Shown: positions 1 to 12,569, counted from the whole stretch's first letter. The stretch: 63,559 nt of DNA, filler included, from Reticulomyxa filosa (GCA_000512085.1; 23 parts of 23 records of this genome joined end to end with filler, not necessarily neighbours in it); one strand, 5' to 3'. Numbers and translations: made by a program. Notes: generated from the sequence alone by a model not told the origin.

Positions 1-506
1 CAGACCGCTCAAAGACACGAATATACGCCAATATCAACGAATGAAAAAGATTTCCATCTTGTCCACTCAACAATACTTTCTCTTTTTCATTTCCTCGACC
101 AAATATGCCTGCCAAAAAATTCCGGACTTTACTCATTTCCTGTAGGATATTAACAATTCTAAAAAACACGTACAAAAGTTTAACGTTCAATACATCTAAA
201 CTCCTTCCTTGTCAATGTTAATCTTGCTTTCTTTATCAATTAACCGTTTCCTTGCTGTATCACAAGCAATACATCAATAATTTTAAGCTTATCCAAACGC
301 TAAATTTGTAAACTATTGTTATTTATTGTTTCTTTTTTTACTAGTTCTTCCTTTTTGCTGTAGCAAAACATGTACAGGTTTTAAGGACTACTTCCTTGTA
401 AACAATCCATTTTCAGAACAAAATAACCACGGTTTTGAACGGGTCCTTTGGTTTGTTTGAAAAGGGGAAGTGAAAAAAATAAATAAACAGCGCAAAAATC
501 GAATCA

Positions 507-1676
507 ATGCTGAAGATACGAATCTTGTCACGAAACGGAAAGCTACGAGGGGAATTCGATTGCAAAGTAGATGACCGAATAGGAGAGTTCAAGAAAAACT
601 TTGCTAAAAAGGAAAGAGTAGACATAAACCGCCAACGATTTACAATTCTGACAAATATTTCTGGTGTGACGGACAAACGTGATCCAAAAACCAACGCAAT
701 CGTAACCGTGGCATTGACAGAAAATAGCAAAAGCTTTGCCGATTACGGGGTTCCAAGAAATCAGGAAACATTAGATCTAGAATTTAAGGACCTGGGGCCT
801 CAAGTAGGATGGCAAACAGTGTTTTTTGTGGAATACTTTGGACCAATGGTTGCACATGCGTTACCTTATTATTTCCCTGCATTTTTCTATGGTGCAGAAC
901 ACGCGAATTTCCGAAAATCGTTAACGCAACAAGTGGCATTTGCTTTGGTAATATTCCATTATTTTAAACGAGAATTCGAAACTGCCGTCATCCATCGATT
1001 TAGCAACGAAACTATGCCCATTTTAAATATTTTTAAAAATTCTGGCCATTATTGGGGTTTAGGTATGTCCCAGTTGTCTTTTGTTCGTTTTACAAACAGG
1101 GTTAATTGGTGTTGTGTGGTGTTAATCTTCAAGATGAAAGAAATTTTTTAACTTTTTCTGGTCCTCTTCTTCGCTACCCCTTTTTTGATTCTCAATTACA
1201 AATACAGGTGGCATTTTCATTAGCTATTTCTTGTATCATCCCAAGTTTACTCAACCTTTCGCTGAACCAACAATCATTTATGGTTTGGCGGGACTTATGG
1301 TACTTTGTGAATTGGGAAATTTACATGCGCATTACACCTTGAGAAACTTGAGACCACCAGGTAAATATTTTCTTTTTTTTCCTTCCTCCTTTGGAAATTA
1401 TTGCTTTGCTCGAATGTGGGGGAAAAAATAGGAACAAAGGAACGTGGTATTCCCAAAGGCCAATTGTTTAGCTTAGTGTCTTGTGCTAATTATACGTGGG
1501 AAATCAGTAGTTGGTTTTTTTTTAGTATTCTCACTAGTTGCTTTACCTCCTGGGTGTTTTTGTTAGTTTCATTCTTACAAATGTTGGAATGGGCCTTCAA
1601 AAAACACCGAAAGTACAAACAAGAGTTCCCTGATTATCCAAGAAGAAGAAAGGCCATCCTTCCTTTTCTCCTATGA
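507..1676 (+). CDS. TECR: Very-long-chain trans-2,3-enoyl-CoA reductase (TECR/TSC13, steroid 5-alpha-reductase family) with N-terminal ubiquitin-like domain; 3 exons
   Basis: Exons 507-1062, 1208-1360 and 1432-1676, with GT-AG introns 1063-1207 and 1361-1431, splice in frame. Motifs present: KDLGPQVGWQTVFFVEYFGP, HYFKREFETAVIHRFS, NSGHYW, LRNLRPPGTKERGIP, VSCANYTWE, FPDYPRRRKAILPFL. Confidence 0.95.
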
Positions 1677-2364
1677 AGAACTTTTATTTTTAATTTTTTG
1701 TAAAGGTGGTTCTAAAAGACTTGCTTTTTTTACTTTCAACTGAATTAACATAAGATATGGAATAATTGGTTCCGGCATTTGGTTGTTTTTTTTCTCTTTT
1801 TAATGAGCTCAAAAATTTAGTTATCCAATCGAAGTACACTGAAGGGACAGAAAAAATATGATATTTGGCACTAAATAGTTTGATCATATGTTCAACAGAA
1901 TTCTTAACTATCGCCTAAATTTTCTTTCACGTTGGAGCTGTAGATTTTTTTACATAGTTAAAAACATTAGTAAACTAGATTGCGAAGGTCTTCAGCATTG
2001 GAAAGGGAGCAAATAAAGAAAAGCTTCACCAGAACGAAAAGTATGGCTGCAAAATGTTGTGATTTGAATAAAAGGTGTTGAAAAATTTCGTAAAATCATA
2101 CTGGTGTAAAATTAAATAATTTATTCAAACTTCAACTTTTTGAGTTTTATTATACATATATCATTTATCTATATTCTCAAGTTTTCATTGATAAATTGAC
2201 AATGAAGATGATTTACTTTAGTACTTTTGAATGATCTAACTTAAATCCTGAGTCAATTTTGAAAACATTTGCCAATGATGAGTGCTTTTGTTAGCAGGAT
2301 GTGATTATAAAATGAATGAAACATCCGTTTCAGCTAACAGCACTGAGGCAATTTTAGAATTTTT

Positions 2365-2945
2365 TTAATTCTCACAACATTTTCTTATTATCAAAATGGA
2401 CTTATTTTTCAATTTTGCATTCAAGGTGAAAACGTCGTCACGAGTGACAGCATCACCACAGTAAATGGCGTCGAAAGGGCCTTTCTCAGCCCATCTAATA
2501 TTAGCACGCCATTGATTTGGGTGAAAATTCATAGTACCAAATTCCACAAGTTGTGTTAATCCAATTGATGCAGCATTTTTTTGTGCCTGCGCGATTAATT
2601 CGGGATTAAATTCAACACCAAATGCTTTTGGTCCAATCTGTCTATTCTTGTCCAATTGGTATGTCCATATAATTGCTGCCAAGCAACATAAATATCCAGT
2701 TTCACATCAAACCTCCAAAAAACGAATATTATCAGCATCTTTGTCCTTTTCTTTTTCTTGTCCAGATGATATCAGCAACTTATCTTTCAATAAATTTAAA
2801 ACATGACAATGAATATCTGGATATGACAGATCGACACCCAACCCAATTGAACATGACTGATAGCGATAATAAGGATCTTCTCGTTTATCGACAAATAACT
2901 GTCTATCCACATGTATCAATGCATGTTGAAATTCCGGGACATTCT
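2365..2945 (-). pseudogene. Protein-L-isoaspartate O-methyltransferase (PCMT/PIMT)-like domain, disrupted
   Basis: The ORFs 2707-2919 and 2365-2682 are in the same frame and read VDRQLFV...SIGLGVDLSYPDIH...RFLEV*CETGYLCCLAA...GVEFNPELIAQAQKN...WAEKGPFDAIYCG. A TGA at 2707-2709 falls inside the SAM-binding motif (consensus LE[VI]GxGTGY). There are further in-frame stops just upstream. Confidence 0.75.
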
Positions 2946-3036
2946 AAGCTTGTTTCATGGACGATCATCGGCTTTGAAATACTCTTCTCATTTGCGAACG
3001 ACTTGAAGATGTGCCAACATACTCTGTTTTTCTTTG

Positions 3037-3800
3037 CTACTTTCCGTTTGTGTAAGTTTTGCTAAAGTACTTTGCTGGTCTTCCCATCGCGTTGTCAAAT
3101 CCTTCACTTTTTGCAAAATCCAATACCATTGATGTCAATTCTTCATTCTTTTTTTCTAGTGTTTCAAGTTTTTTTCTCATTTCCATTTCTATCTTTTCTA
3201 TTCGTTCTTCCATTCTCAACGACCAAGAAAGCTTTTTTATTTTTTGCTTTTTTTGCATGTACCTCATCACTTGAAGATGACTTTGAATTTTTCTTAAATT
3301 GTAAAAAATCATCTTTTAACAATTGCAAATGTTTGGTGACAAAATATTGATTGTGCAAGTGAGTATTGGCTTGCACAATTATATGCTCGCAACCAATGTT
3401 ATGGAAATGACAGGGGACGGATTGATAATCGCAATTGATTAAATGCTCTTCAAGACTTTTTAAAGTACCTGTCCATCGGCACGTTGTTTGGGAAGAGTCC
3501 TCTTTACTTTCTTTAGTGTCAATACTGTACCCTTCCATTGAAAAAGATACTGTTGATGAACCACTTTGTGATTGCACTTCATCTTGAATTGACTTGTTAA
3601 GAGTGGACGATAGTTTACCATTTGGACAGTACACTTTGGATTGTTCAATCTTTCTACGTACAAAGACACAAGGATCAAAATTTACGCTCTTGTGGCTGCT
3701 GTTCAATAGACATTTATTTCCGTTAGTCGGAAGACATGTCTATATACACAGTTCGCAAAATGTGGACACATCGTCCCCGTTATGATCTTCGTTACAAGTC
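3037..3800 (-). pseudogene. RING-like + TRAF/SIAH-type zinc finger + coiled coil, disrupted
   Basis: TCNEDH...FCELCI*TCLPTNGNKCLL has an in-frame TAG at 3740-3742. It is followed by CRWTGTLKSLEEHLINCDYQSVPCHFHNIGCEH...HNQYFVTKHLQLL, then a frameshift near 3240 into a coiled coil (EERIEKIEMEMRKKLETLEKKNEEL). Confidence 0.7.
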
Positions 3801-3848
3801 TTTTTTTTTATCATTTCCATTTTCACCCGAGTCTACAAAAAAAAAAAT

Positions 3849-4313
3849 TTAAATAAAACGTTCACAATTTTTTTTTTTGATGTTGATGTCCTCCCTTCTC
3901 CACCACTTGTTTCCAAAAAAAAATTTTTGTATATTATCGACCAAATCATAAAAGTCACAAATAGCACGGCAAAGTTTCAATTTTTCTTTAAACAATTGCT
4001 CGCGTTCATTGTGCTGTGCGTCCATAAGCAAAGGTAGATTGGCTTCATACAATTCCTTCCGCGGCCCTTTAAGCGTGATTTTCCTTTTCTTTTGTTTTGT
4101 CGCGGTAATTTCATTGCGTAGTCTTTCCAATTGTCCGTCATTGTCATCATACAGTGTCACCCATTTGTTGAAAGGCGTGTACTCCTTTCCAAGACTTGTG
4201 CTTCGCGTGATTTTTTCTTTGTCACTACCACTCGCATCAGCGGCGGCAGCATAACCATCGTCGTCATTCGCATTGTCTACTCCGTCGTCTTGCGAATTCT
4301 TGTACTCGTGCAT
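3849..4313 (-). CDS. Hypothetical charged ORF, possibly an upstream exon of the RING-TRAF (pseudo)gene
   Basis: 154-aa ATG-initiated ORF on the same strand. An acceptor-like ttttttgtag lies near 3833, just before the RING region. Confidence 0.35.
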   Translation of the reverse strand: MHEYKNSQDDGVDNANDDDGYAAAADASGSDKEKITRSTSLGKEYTPFNKWVTLYDDNDGQLERLRNEITATKQKKRKITLKGPRKELYEANLPLLMDAQHNEREQLFKEKLKLCRAICDFYDLVDNIQKFFFGNKWWRREDINIKKKNCERFI

Positions 4314-6009
4314 TTTTTTCTTTTTATGTTTATCTTTATATTTGTCTTTGTCTTTGGGATATGTATAATAAGAAATAAATTTTACTTTGTTTCATACGAT
4401 TGTCTAATTATTTGAAATTAAAAGCATTCGTTGAATTTACTATATTTGTAAAGAGAATACAAGATTTCAAGTTAATTGTCAATATCCAAAAAGATTGCAA
4501 TTATGCGAAAAACACAAGAAAAATGCTTGTCAGAATAAACACTTATAAGTGGCTTCATTATATTAGTGTATGATTAACTTCTCCTTTCCAATATATCAAT
4601 TAATATCAGTCTTTCAATCATCATTTGTTAACCTAATTTGTCATCATTACACGCGTGATTACTATATCAAAAAGTTAACAGTAAAAAGGTCATTCTAACA
4701 AGGTAGATCACGAAAATTGATCATTGCAAATGATTGAACACCTGCATTTAAAAAATATTTTTTGTAACTTGAATATATTTAAAAGTTAGCACCTACGCTA
4801 AGCATGTTTCGAGATAACAATTTTTACCTCAAATTTACCAATAACAATCAAGCGCTCTTTCTATTTTTGAAACAATATTTTGTTCACGAAACCATAAGAA
4901 AATTACGACCATTTTAGAGTTTTTAAAATTTTTAAGTATTGGTTTTCGCTCGACAAAGTATTATCTAAATAGATATTTGATGTACGTTTAAAAAATTCCG
5001 CGTGTTGTAGTTTACAAATATTGTATTTATACTTGAAAATTGAAATAATTGAATATTTAGTGTAATTTTGTTGCAACATTTTAATTTTTGCCTAGGCGTG
5101 CATATTGGAGAATTTTTATGATCAACAATCTAATTTTTATGTAAATGAGTACTTTCCTAAGTAACGAAAAAATTTTGAAAATTTGATGTGGCGAGCAATA
5201 TGCAATAAAAAATGCAAGACTCACCAAGTTCGAATTTGTAAAGTTTCACAACTTATGATTTTTACTTCGACCAGTTATTTGTGATATACGTTTCCTAAGA
5301 AAAAAAAGTACAAGACCAAATGTATCCTCAAATTGCATATTTTATCGTGAAAAAATTTTTGGCTTTCAAACTACTAACTTTGACACACAGAAAAATATTG
5401 GAATTGTGTACTTAGCGTTCTTGGACTAACTAAGCCACGAACTTTCCAAAAAAAAGAAACAATAAAAGCAGATAAAACAAAACACATTGAAAAAGACTAA
5501 ATACTTGAAGCAAAACAAAAACTGAGAACACCAAAAATAACAGAAAAAAAAAACAAAATAAACAAATAAATAAAACAAAACAAAATAAAAACATTCAAAA
5601 ACTTACATAGAATATTAATTTACATTTTTGTTTTGTTAAAGCTAAGAAAACTTATTAAAAAAGTTTGATGAAAGTGCCAACGCAACAGGAAGCGTACAAA
5701 TTCATCGAATTTAACTTTTGTTTTTGTTTCTTTATTTTGAGGTTTGTGTAAAATAACTAAAAACAGATATTCAAGTATCAGTTTGTTATTTTATTTACAA
5801 ATTAAAAAAAAAAAGTGGTCACACCTTTGCTTCACAAACTTTGAGACCTGATATATAACCAAAATCGGTAGTACCGTGCCCATTGGGATCGAAATGAGTA
5901 AGAATATTACTTTTATGTACATACATAAATATACAGAACCAATTATTTTATTTCATTTATTTATTTTTCTTTTTGAAACTAAGAACAAAAACAAACCCTT
6001 CGTGTTCAA

Positions 6010-6483
6010 TCAATCCTTTTGATATTGTGACTGAATTGCAATTGATAACACAGTGTCAGATGGAATTTCATGTGTTGGAAAAGGCACGCACTGGGTGGTG
6101 ATACAATTACTCGTGTGATTGTTATCATTGTTGCTGTCTGATATCATTGAAAACTTGGAAGATTCATACATTCCCTTTTTTGCAAGACTAAGCTGCGCTG
6201 ACATATCTTTTCCCATCTTTGGTTTCGTCTGCGAGATGATCCATGGAGCATTCTTGTCACACCAAGGGTGTTTGCCAGCGACATGTCGCCGTAGTGACGA
6301 TTTGCGAGTAAAAATGCGCTTGGAAGGAATTGGACTTCTTTCGCAAATTAGACATTTAAAAGGATGTGTGTATGCAGGATTTTCCAAATGTGTGGACATA
6401 TGGTAGGCAAGAGCAGTTTGTTGTGGAAAAGTCTTTATCGGTGTGGAGGGGGTGGCAATAGCAAAATACACGTATACAGCCAC
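6010..6483 (-). CDS. C2H2 zinc-finger protein, 3' part (5' end lost at contig edge)
   Basis: TFPQQTALAYHMSTH followed by PFKCLICERSPIPSKRIFTRKSSLRRHVAGKH, giving one and a half C2H2 fingers. Confidence 0.75.
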   Translation of the reverse strand: MAVYVYFAIATPSTPIKTFPQQTALAYHMSTHLENPAYTHPFKCLICERSPIPSKRIFTRKSSLRRHVAGKHPWCDKNAPWIISQTKPKMGKDMSAQLSLAKKGMYESSKFSMISDSNNDNNHTSNCITTQCVPFPTHEIPSDTVLSIAIQSQYQKD

Positions 6484-6505
6484 GTACAGATTTTTTTTGT
6501 TTAAG

Positions 6506-6545
<40 letters not shown>

Positions 6546-6645
6546 NNNNNNNNNNNNNNNNNNNNNNNNNNNNNNNNNNNNNNNNNNNNTTAATTAATTA
6601 ANNNNNNNNNNNNNNNNNNNNNNNNNNNNNNNNNNNNNNNNNNNN
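6546..6645. other. Artificial contig linker N44-TTAATTAATTAA-N44 (first of 22)
   Basis: Identical 100-bp blocks start at 6546, 10047, 12714, 14560, 18767, 24601, 25842, 27352, 34364, 36278, 38346, 42512, 44732, 47076, 48176, 51041, 52148, 53943, 56115, 57239, 60358 and 62245. Confidence 0.99.
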
Positions 6646-6699
6646 CATATATATAATTTTTTTTTTTTTTTTTTTTTTTTATTAAAAAAAAAAACTTGC

Positions 6700-7602
6700 C
6701 AGTCGTTTGATCTCTTGCCCGAACGTATGCCTCAAACGAACCCTGATAATTAGGATCCGCAATGGTTTCGGCTCGATCGAACAGCCAAGGAGTGTTGTCC
6801 ATGACATGAGATAACTTACGCAGTTCATAAGCATATTTGATGCCGGGATATTTCCAGAGCTTGGCAATTTTTTTGGCAATGACAGGGGTCAATTGTATGA
6901 CGGTGTCGTCGGGAAGACCGGGTTGGATTGTGGACAGCTTTATGATCAGAGGTTCGATCTCCTCTTTGCTATATAACACTTCGTCTTTTTTCTTTCCCAT
7001 ATCGGAATGTTCATTTTCCTCTGCTTTTTTTTTTGTTTGTTTGTTTCGTCGTTGTTGCTCTCCTCGCTGCTTCCTTTTTCTTGCGTATGCGTATCGTCGA
7101 CGTCCATTTTCAATCCCCACTCTGCATACACAGACTCAAGCTGCTTTGCATTTTTCTGTGCTTCTACTTCTTTTTCTTTTTCTTTTTCTTTTTCTTCTTC
7201 TTCTTCTTTCTCTTCTTTTTTGTCGTTATTTTCATCGGCTAAAGAATCATGTTCTTGCTTCCTTTGGCTGCTCATGAATTTATAACATAAATCAAATTGA
7301 TTTTGCTCGCAACTTAATATTATCTCGTTCTTCTTTTTTCGCTCTTCCACATACAAAATACAAATGTCATTCATGTCGTAGATAATGTTCTTTCTTATAC
7401 TGATCACTGCATTGTTCATCTCTTTGTCTTCGATAACGCCATAGTAAATTTTTGACATCTGCTTTAATATTGTCGACTTCCCGCTCCCTCCTGGGCCAAG
7501 CAACAAAGCCTTTATGCTCCTTCGTGCTTGCTTTGCTTCTGTATGCAATTTCTTCTCGACGCCTTTATCGACCCTCTTTGGCGTGCTATTGCGATTACCC
7601 AT
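6700..7602 (-). CDS. Heterotrimeric G-protein alpha subunit, 5' part; one frameshift at a homopolymer
   Basis: MGNRNS N-myristoylation-type start, KALLLGPGGSGKSTILKQM P-loop, helical domain IAKLWKYPGIKYAY, switch I YVRARDQTTG. The frame changes at the T10 run around 7025-7034. Confidence 0.9.
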
Positions 7603-8474
7603 GATGCTGGGTTAACTTATACTTTTCCCTTGTGCTCTTTTGACTAAGGTCTCTTTACTCGCTGCTCCAAACTTTGCAATCTTTGCACTGCGTTTTGAAA
7701 ATTAAAGCAAGTAAACTATATTTGGTTTAACGATTCGATTTTTTTGCAATTGATAAACTCACAAACTTTGATAATATATCAGTTGTTGAAATTGTTCATA
7801 TTTGTGTTAAACTGGTTCTTGCTTACATACCCTCCGCAGTCTGCTCTAAAAATTACTTTTAATAATTTTCGTTGAGCCAAACTAGTTAAAGAAAAAACTT
7901 TTTTTAGATTTCATTGTGGAAAAATGTTTACAAATAACAGTAAAATACTCTGATTGTACTGCAAGGTCTCCACTGACATGTCCGGCCCAAACGATGTAGG
8001 TCGTTAGAAACATACACAGAGGACTTTTAAAAATAATCAACAAGAGCAGCCTATTTAAACTCAATTCAAATTCTAGCACCAATCTAAAACAAAATATCAA
8101 AAAAAACACTTAAAGTAGCGTTGATTTTTATTACTTACTGACTTGTGAAGAATTCACTTCGACTGTTTTCTTTTTATCATGTTGTTATACTGACCTTTTT
8201 CAAAAATATTACGTCACACCCCTTACTTTTGCTTAGTTATAAAAAAAACCACCAAAGTGTAGAACCCTTGCAACGGGTTTGTTATGGGAGGTTCAATGTG
8301 TATGAATGCCATGATCATTGGGCTTGGTAAAGGGTAAAAAACAATTTTAAAAAAACGAGAAAAAAAGATGCAAGAAAGACAAGAACAAAAAAAATAACAA
8401 AAAAAACAACAAAAAAAATGATTTAAAATCGGTCATCATCAACACAATCCCGAAATGAGAGTAAATAAATTGTT

Positions 8475-9860
8475 TCAGTTGACAACAGTCTTGATTTTGC
8501 GCTCTTTGTTGGGACAATGTTCATAAGCGGAAGAAAAGCTTTGGTTTTCATCCTGAATGGTTTTATTAGTTTTTTCATCATCCACATCATGTTGTTCGGT
8601 CTTCATTTCTTCATCTTTCATCAACATTTCCTTTTTTTTTTTTTTTAATTTTTTCAAACTTATTTGTATTTCTCTTTTTTCAAAAAAAAAAAATAATCAC
8701 TTTGGTCTGGCCACTTACCGCATCTTGTATTTTGTCGATGCTTTTCAGAAGTGTTATATTTATGTATTTATCTTGATTTAACTTTTTTTTGACAAAAAGG
8801 CATAAACACAAAACAAAAACAAATAAAAGAACTGGAGCAATTGTTGTGTTTTGTGCAAAGAACAGCAAATGTTTTGTGAGTATTTCCATTCTTCAACGGC
8901 TCGATTGTACTGAACCGATTTCCTAGAGGGCCCTGAAGCTAGATACGTAGCACTCGGCACGTCCAAGAGCTCGTTCAAGCCAATAGCCTTTTTCTTATTA
9001 AAATGAGCCATAATGTCTCTGTACGTATATGACACATTGTATTTTTTAAAAAAAACGTTAACCGTTGAATTTCCACATAAGCAAATTTCCTCCTTCTTTC
9101 CCCCCCCCCTTCCTCTTTTCTGAAGGAAAAGGATGTATTTTATTATTGTCATTATTATTATTATTATTATCATTTTGAAACCAACCTAACAAAATGCTGA
9201 CAGTTATTATCTACGTCAAAGTAGGCAGGATGCCGCTCGTACCAGCATTCAAGCCACTGTGCAATCTGCCCTACATGCAGTAATTCCTTCTGTCGAACGG
9301 CTTGACAAGTGGAAAGCACTATCCATCGCTCGATGAAGTTAGTGTCTGCGTCAAACCAAAACGCGCGCCTTGTGGAAGTGCGATTCTCCAGCTGTAGCCG
9401 CATGTTTTTTTTTTTTGTGAATCCAAAGATAGCCCCAGTCAATCAATCTTATCAATCGGTCAATCAACAACAACAACAACAACAAACAAAAAACGTAACT
9501 AAAACGCATCGAATGGAATTGTCATCGAAAAATTGGACACGAAATAAGTGATGGTTTCCTTCGAAAGCCAATGCCCAAGGATGTACAGCCTGCATTTGCT
9601 TCGAAGGCTTTCGCATCACATACGCCGAATGGAACGTATACTGTCCATCTTCGTGTGCGTAGTTTTGCAGGTCGGCCCAATTCACTTGCTTTGGTTCTAT
9701 GTATGCACCCCAACTATCCAGCTGCTCCTGCGCCTTTCTTTGGAAGAAGTCCTTCAACGGCATAAAAAACTTGGTCTCCTCGGTCACCAAGCCTTCATAA
9801 AGCCAGTGTTCCAACAGCAATAAGGGGCTGGAAAATAGGTGTTGGATATATCTGTTGAAC
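8475..9860 (-). CDS. Multi-exon protein with permuted papain-like (PPPDE/DeSI-LRAT) motif
   Basis: His-containing strand VHPWALAFEG followed by YFDVDNNCQHFV (NCxHF catalytic Cys motif). Further exons lie around 8800-9020 and 8475-8640; exon borders are approximate. Confidence 0.55.
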
Positions 9861-10944
9861 GTACATTACGCAGCCAAGATTACATAGCAAAATAAGTGTG
9901 AGAGAGAGAAAGTGGAATAAGTGAGTGAGAAAACAGATACTATGTTACAATGATAGTTTCCTTACTTTTTTTTTTTTTTTTTTTTTTGTTCACTTTTTTT
10001 TCCCCTCCAAACTTTTTTATTTGTGGAGCTGGAACAAAGGAACGGGNNNNNNNNNNNNNNNNNNNNNNNNNNNNNNNNNNNNNNNNNNNNTTAATTAATT
10101 AANNNNNNNNNNNNNNNNNNNNNNNNNNNNNNNNNNNNNNNNNNNNCAGGCTGCTAATGCTAAAGTATTTATCACATATTTTACATTCCCAATTGTTTGT
10201 GCTGTTTTATAAAAACGGAAAATAATTTTAATTCTTTTTACCATTTTTTTTATTTGATGTTATAACAATCCAAAATCAAATTGTTTGCGCTTTGGAAAAT
10301 AAAACAATTGTCATATTGGGGATATCTTCTTTTATTAAAGCACCTTTTAACAATTGTTTTTTTATTCCAAAATGTATACGCTTGGTTTGCAAGCCTAGTG
10401 CTCATATAAGCCTTGCATTTAAAAAAAAAATTTTGAACATTGTAGAATGAGATTTTTAACAACTCAATCATTTTCCAAAAACTTTAAATACTTTTCAAAG
10501 TGCAAAATGTAAAGCAACATTTGGAAAGTATAGACCAATACTATGCTTGAGAATAGTTTAGCGGATTGTAGATCTAAAAAATTGATGTCAAATAACTAAA
10601 AAGCAAAGTGATTCTTCTTGTTATTTGCATCATTGTCGATATTCATACAATACGCTTTCACAGATATTTACTGTGCAAAAAATTCGCTGTTTGTTCGAAA
10701 CAGCGTACACCTATTTGTTATTATTATTTAGTTATTAAAAAAATCGTTTTTCAATTGAGCCAAAAAAAATAATCTATCATTTGACTCAGTCGTAAGGTAA
10801 AGTGTGCTCATTAAAAAAAAAAAAATTAACGAAAATAATATGTTACCTCTTTCACCCGCATTTCCGCAAACAAACTAATTATTTAAAAACATATGACTAG
10901 GATACAGGCTTGTCTTTGTCAATACAGCTTGTTGCAACACAAAT

Positions 10945-11100
10945 AAACCAAAAAACAGTTAAACATTTAACAAAAAAAGAAACGAACAAAAGATAGTTTT
11001 TGTCTGTGAAGAAAAACTCAAACAAGGGGGTAACTTTCAAAAATAATAAAATTTTTAGAAACGTGTTCACATAAACAAATTTTTTGATAAAAGCATTTTT
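10945..11100 (+). repeat. Inverted repeat A, left arm
   Basis: The 34 bp at 10995-11028 (AGTTTTTGTCTGTGAAGAAAAACTCAAACAAGGG) are the exact reverse complement of 12626-12659. The flanks align imperfectly. Confidence 0.85.
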
Positions 11101-11454
11101 TCACAATAGAAACTTATTCATTTCGAAAATTAATGTTTCAAATTATTTGAAATTCATCTAATTGAATATCAGTTTTAACTTACAATGAAAAAAAATAACA
11201 ATAAAGCATCTTCAACAATTGGAGGACAGATCATTTTGTTCAAGGGCAATTTGTTATTTCTTTTTATAAAAGAAAAATCGTGAAAAAATGTTAATGTAGG
11301 TTTTCTTAAATAAAAAGGAGTGAATTTATAAACTTATTAAAAAAAAGTGTGGCTCAAAATAGGTTAAATAAAAAAAGAAGGACGCAAAAAAAATAAGAAC
11401 GAATGAAAAAGAAAAGAAGCTTGCAATATAATTATGGAAAGAAAAGCACAATTA

Positions 11455-12520
11455 GATTTTTAGTGAGTTCTATTGGCCAGTCCTTCCGTGTGAATCGTTA
11501 CACTAGCAACACCTGTTGGAAAAGTCGTTGTTGGCATGGATTCCGACTCCAAAGTAGCTGTCTTTGGTTTCTTTGGAGTGGCCTGTTCTGGTCCAGTGTT
11601 TATTGCTGTGTTGTACTGGCCACAGCGCCTGCAAACTTTTTGAAAACCAAAATAAAAATTCTTATTCCAATCACTCCAGTTACAATAACCCCACCAATTG
11701 CATCTGGGGAATCAAGCAAGAAATATATCGGATAACGAGTAGGCGGGACTGAAATTGTTTGTTTTTTTTAAAAAAGATGGAATGTGAATGATTTATAATC
11801 AAAGTGATATACATCATATAAAGCAAGAATTGACCGTTCTGGACAAGCAATTCACTTAAAATAGGCTCTAATGTCCGCACCTTCGCTTTTGTCATCTGTA
11901 TACGCGAAATTGCGCAGAAAGTTCACTTTTACTCAAACATTTCTCAATATATTGAAAGCGTTTATTTTACAATCCAGACTTAAGCATAAAAATAATAAGT
12001 TTGTTGTATATAATTGTTTATTCCTCTTTACAAGCATATTTTAATTTGATAGAGGTTAAACCATGTATTAGATGTCCCTTAAAAAACTCATAGTGAACAT
12101 CTAAACATCTTATGTTCAGATCTCGAAGTACACGCAGCGGGCTTGCTATGTTTCCACGGTCCGTCCATTCTGATGCTGCAGAAAAGTCTTTTCATATTCC
12201 AACTTCAAAAAAATTATACGTTATGATTGGAATATGACAACCAGCACCTCCAATCTTCAATGCAATCTCGCAACTTCTTGCTGATATCAAACTCAACTAT
12301 TATTAAAAATAACTTTATTTATTACAACACGAATAATAATTTCAACATAATCACCATTCGATAATGAAACAGCAAACATTAAGCCTATATACCATTGTCA
12401 AGTGAATGACAATTTTTTTTGAAGGCGAGAGATCTAAAGGCCAAGATCTAATTTTATTTCCAATCGGTTTACAAATACAGAACCATTCGCCGTACTTTTT
12501 GCCGAGAAAATGAACAAGAA
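11455..12520 (-). pseudogene. Decayed intron-containing gene, probably a single-pass membrane protein
   Basis: Stop-interrupted Cys/Trp-rich segments (DCIEDWRCW, MDGPWKHSKPAAC) are followed by a TM-like segment, AIGGVIVTGVIGIRIFILVFKK. AT-rich intron-like gaps separate them. Confidence 0.35.
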
Positions 12521-12569
12521 AAATAATGAACAAATCACAAAACGGGAATTTATTCACTTTTTCTTTTTA

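Noticed and set aside
1-136. Minus-strand ATG at 136 giving MSKVRNFLAGIFGRGNEKEKVLLSGQDG, superficially Arf-like
   Set aside because: No GKT/S follows, and the window edge truncates it, so it cannot be supported.
2707-2709. In-frame TGA in the PCMT motif as selenocysteine or a reassigned codon
   Set aside because: It aligns to a Gly (GGA to TGA), the next motif Gly is also mutated, and TAG stops and a frameshift occur nearby. Intact genes here end in TGA and TAA, which fits the standard code and pseudogene decay.
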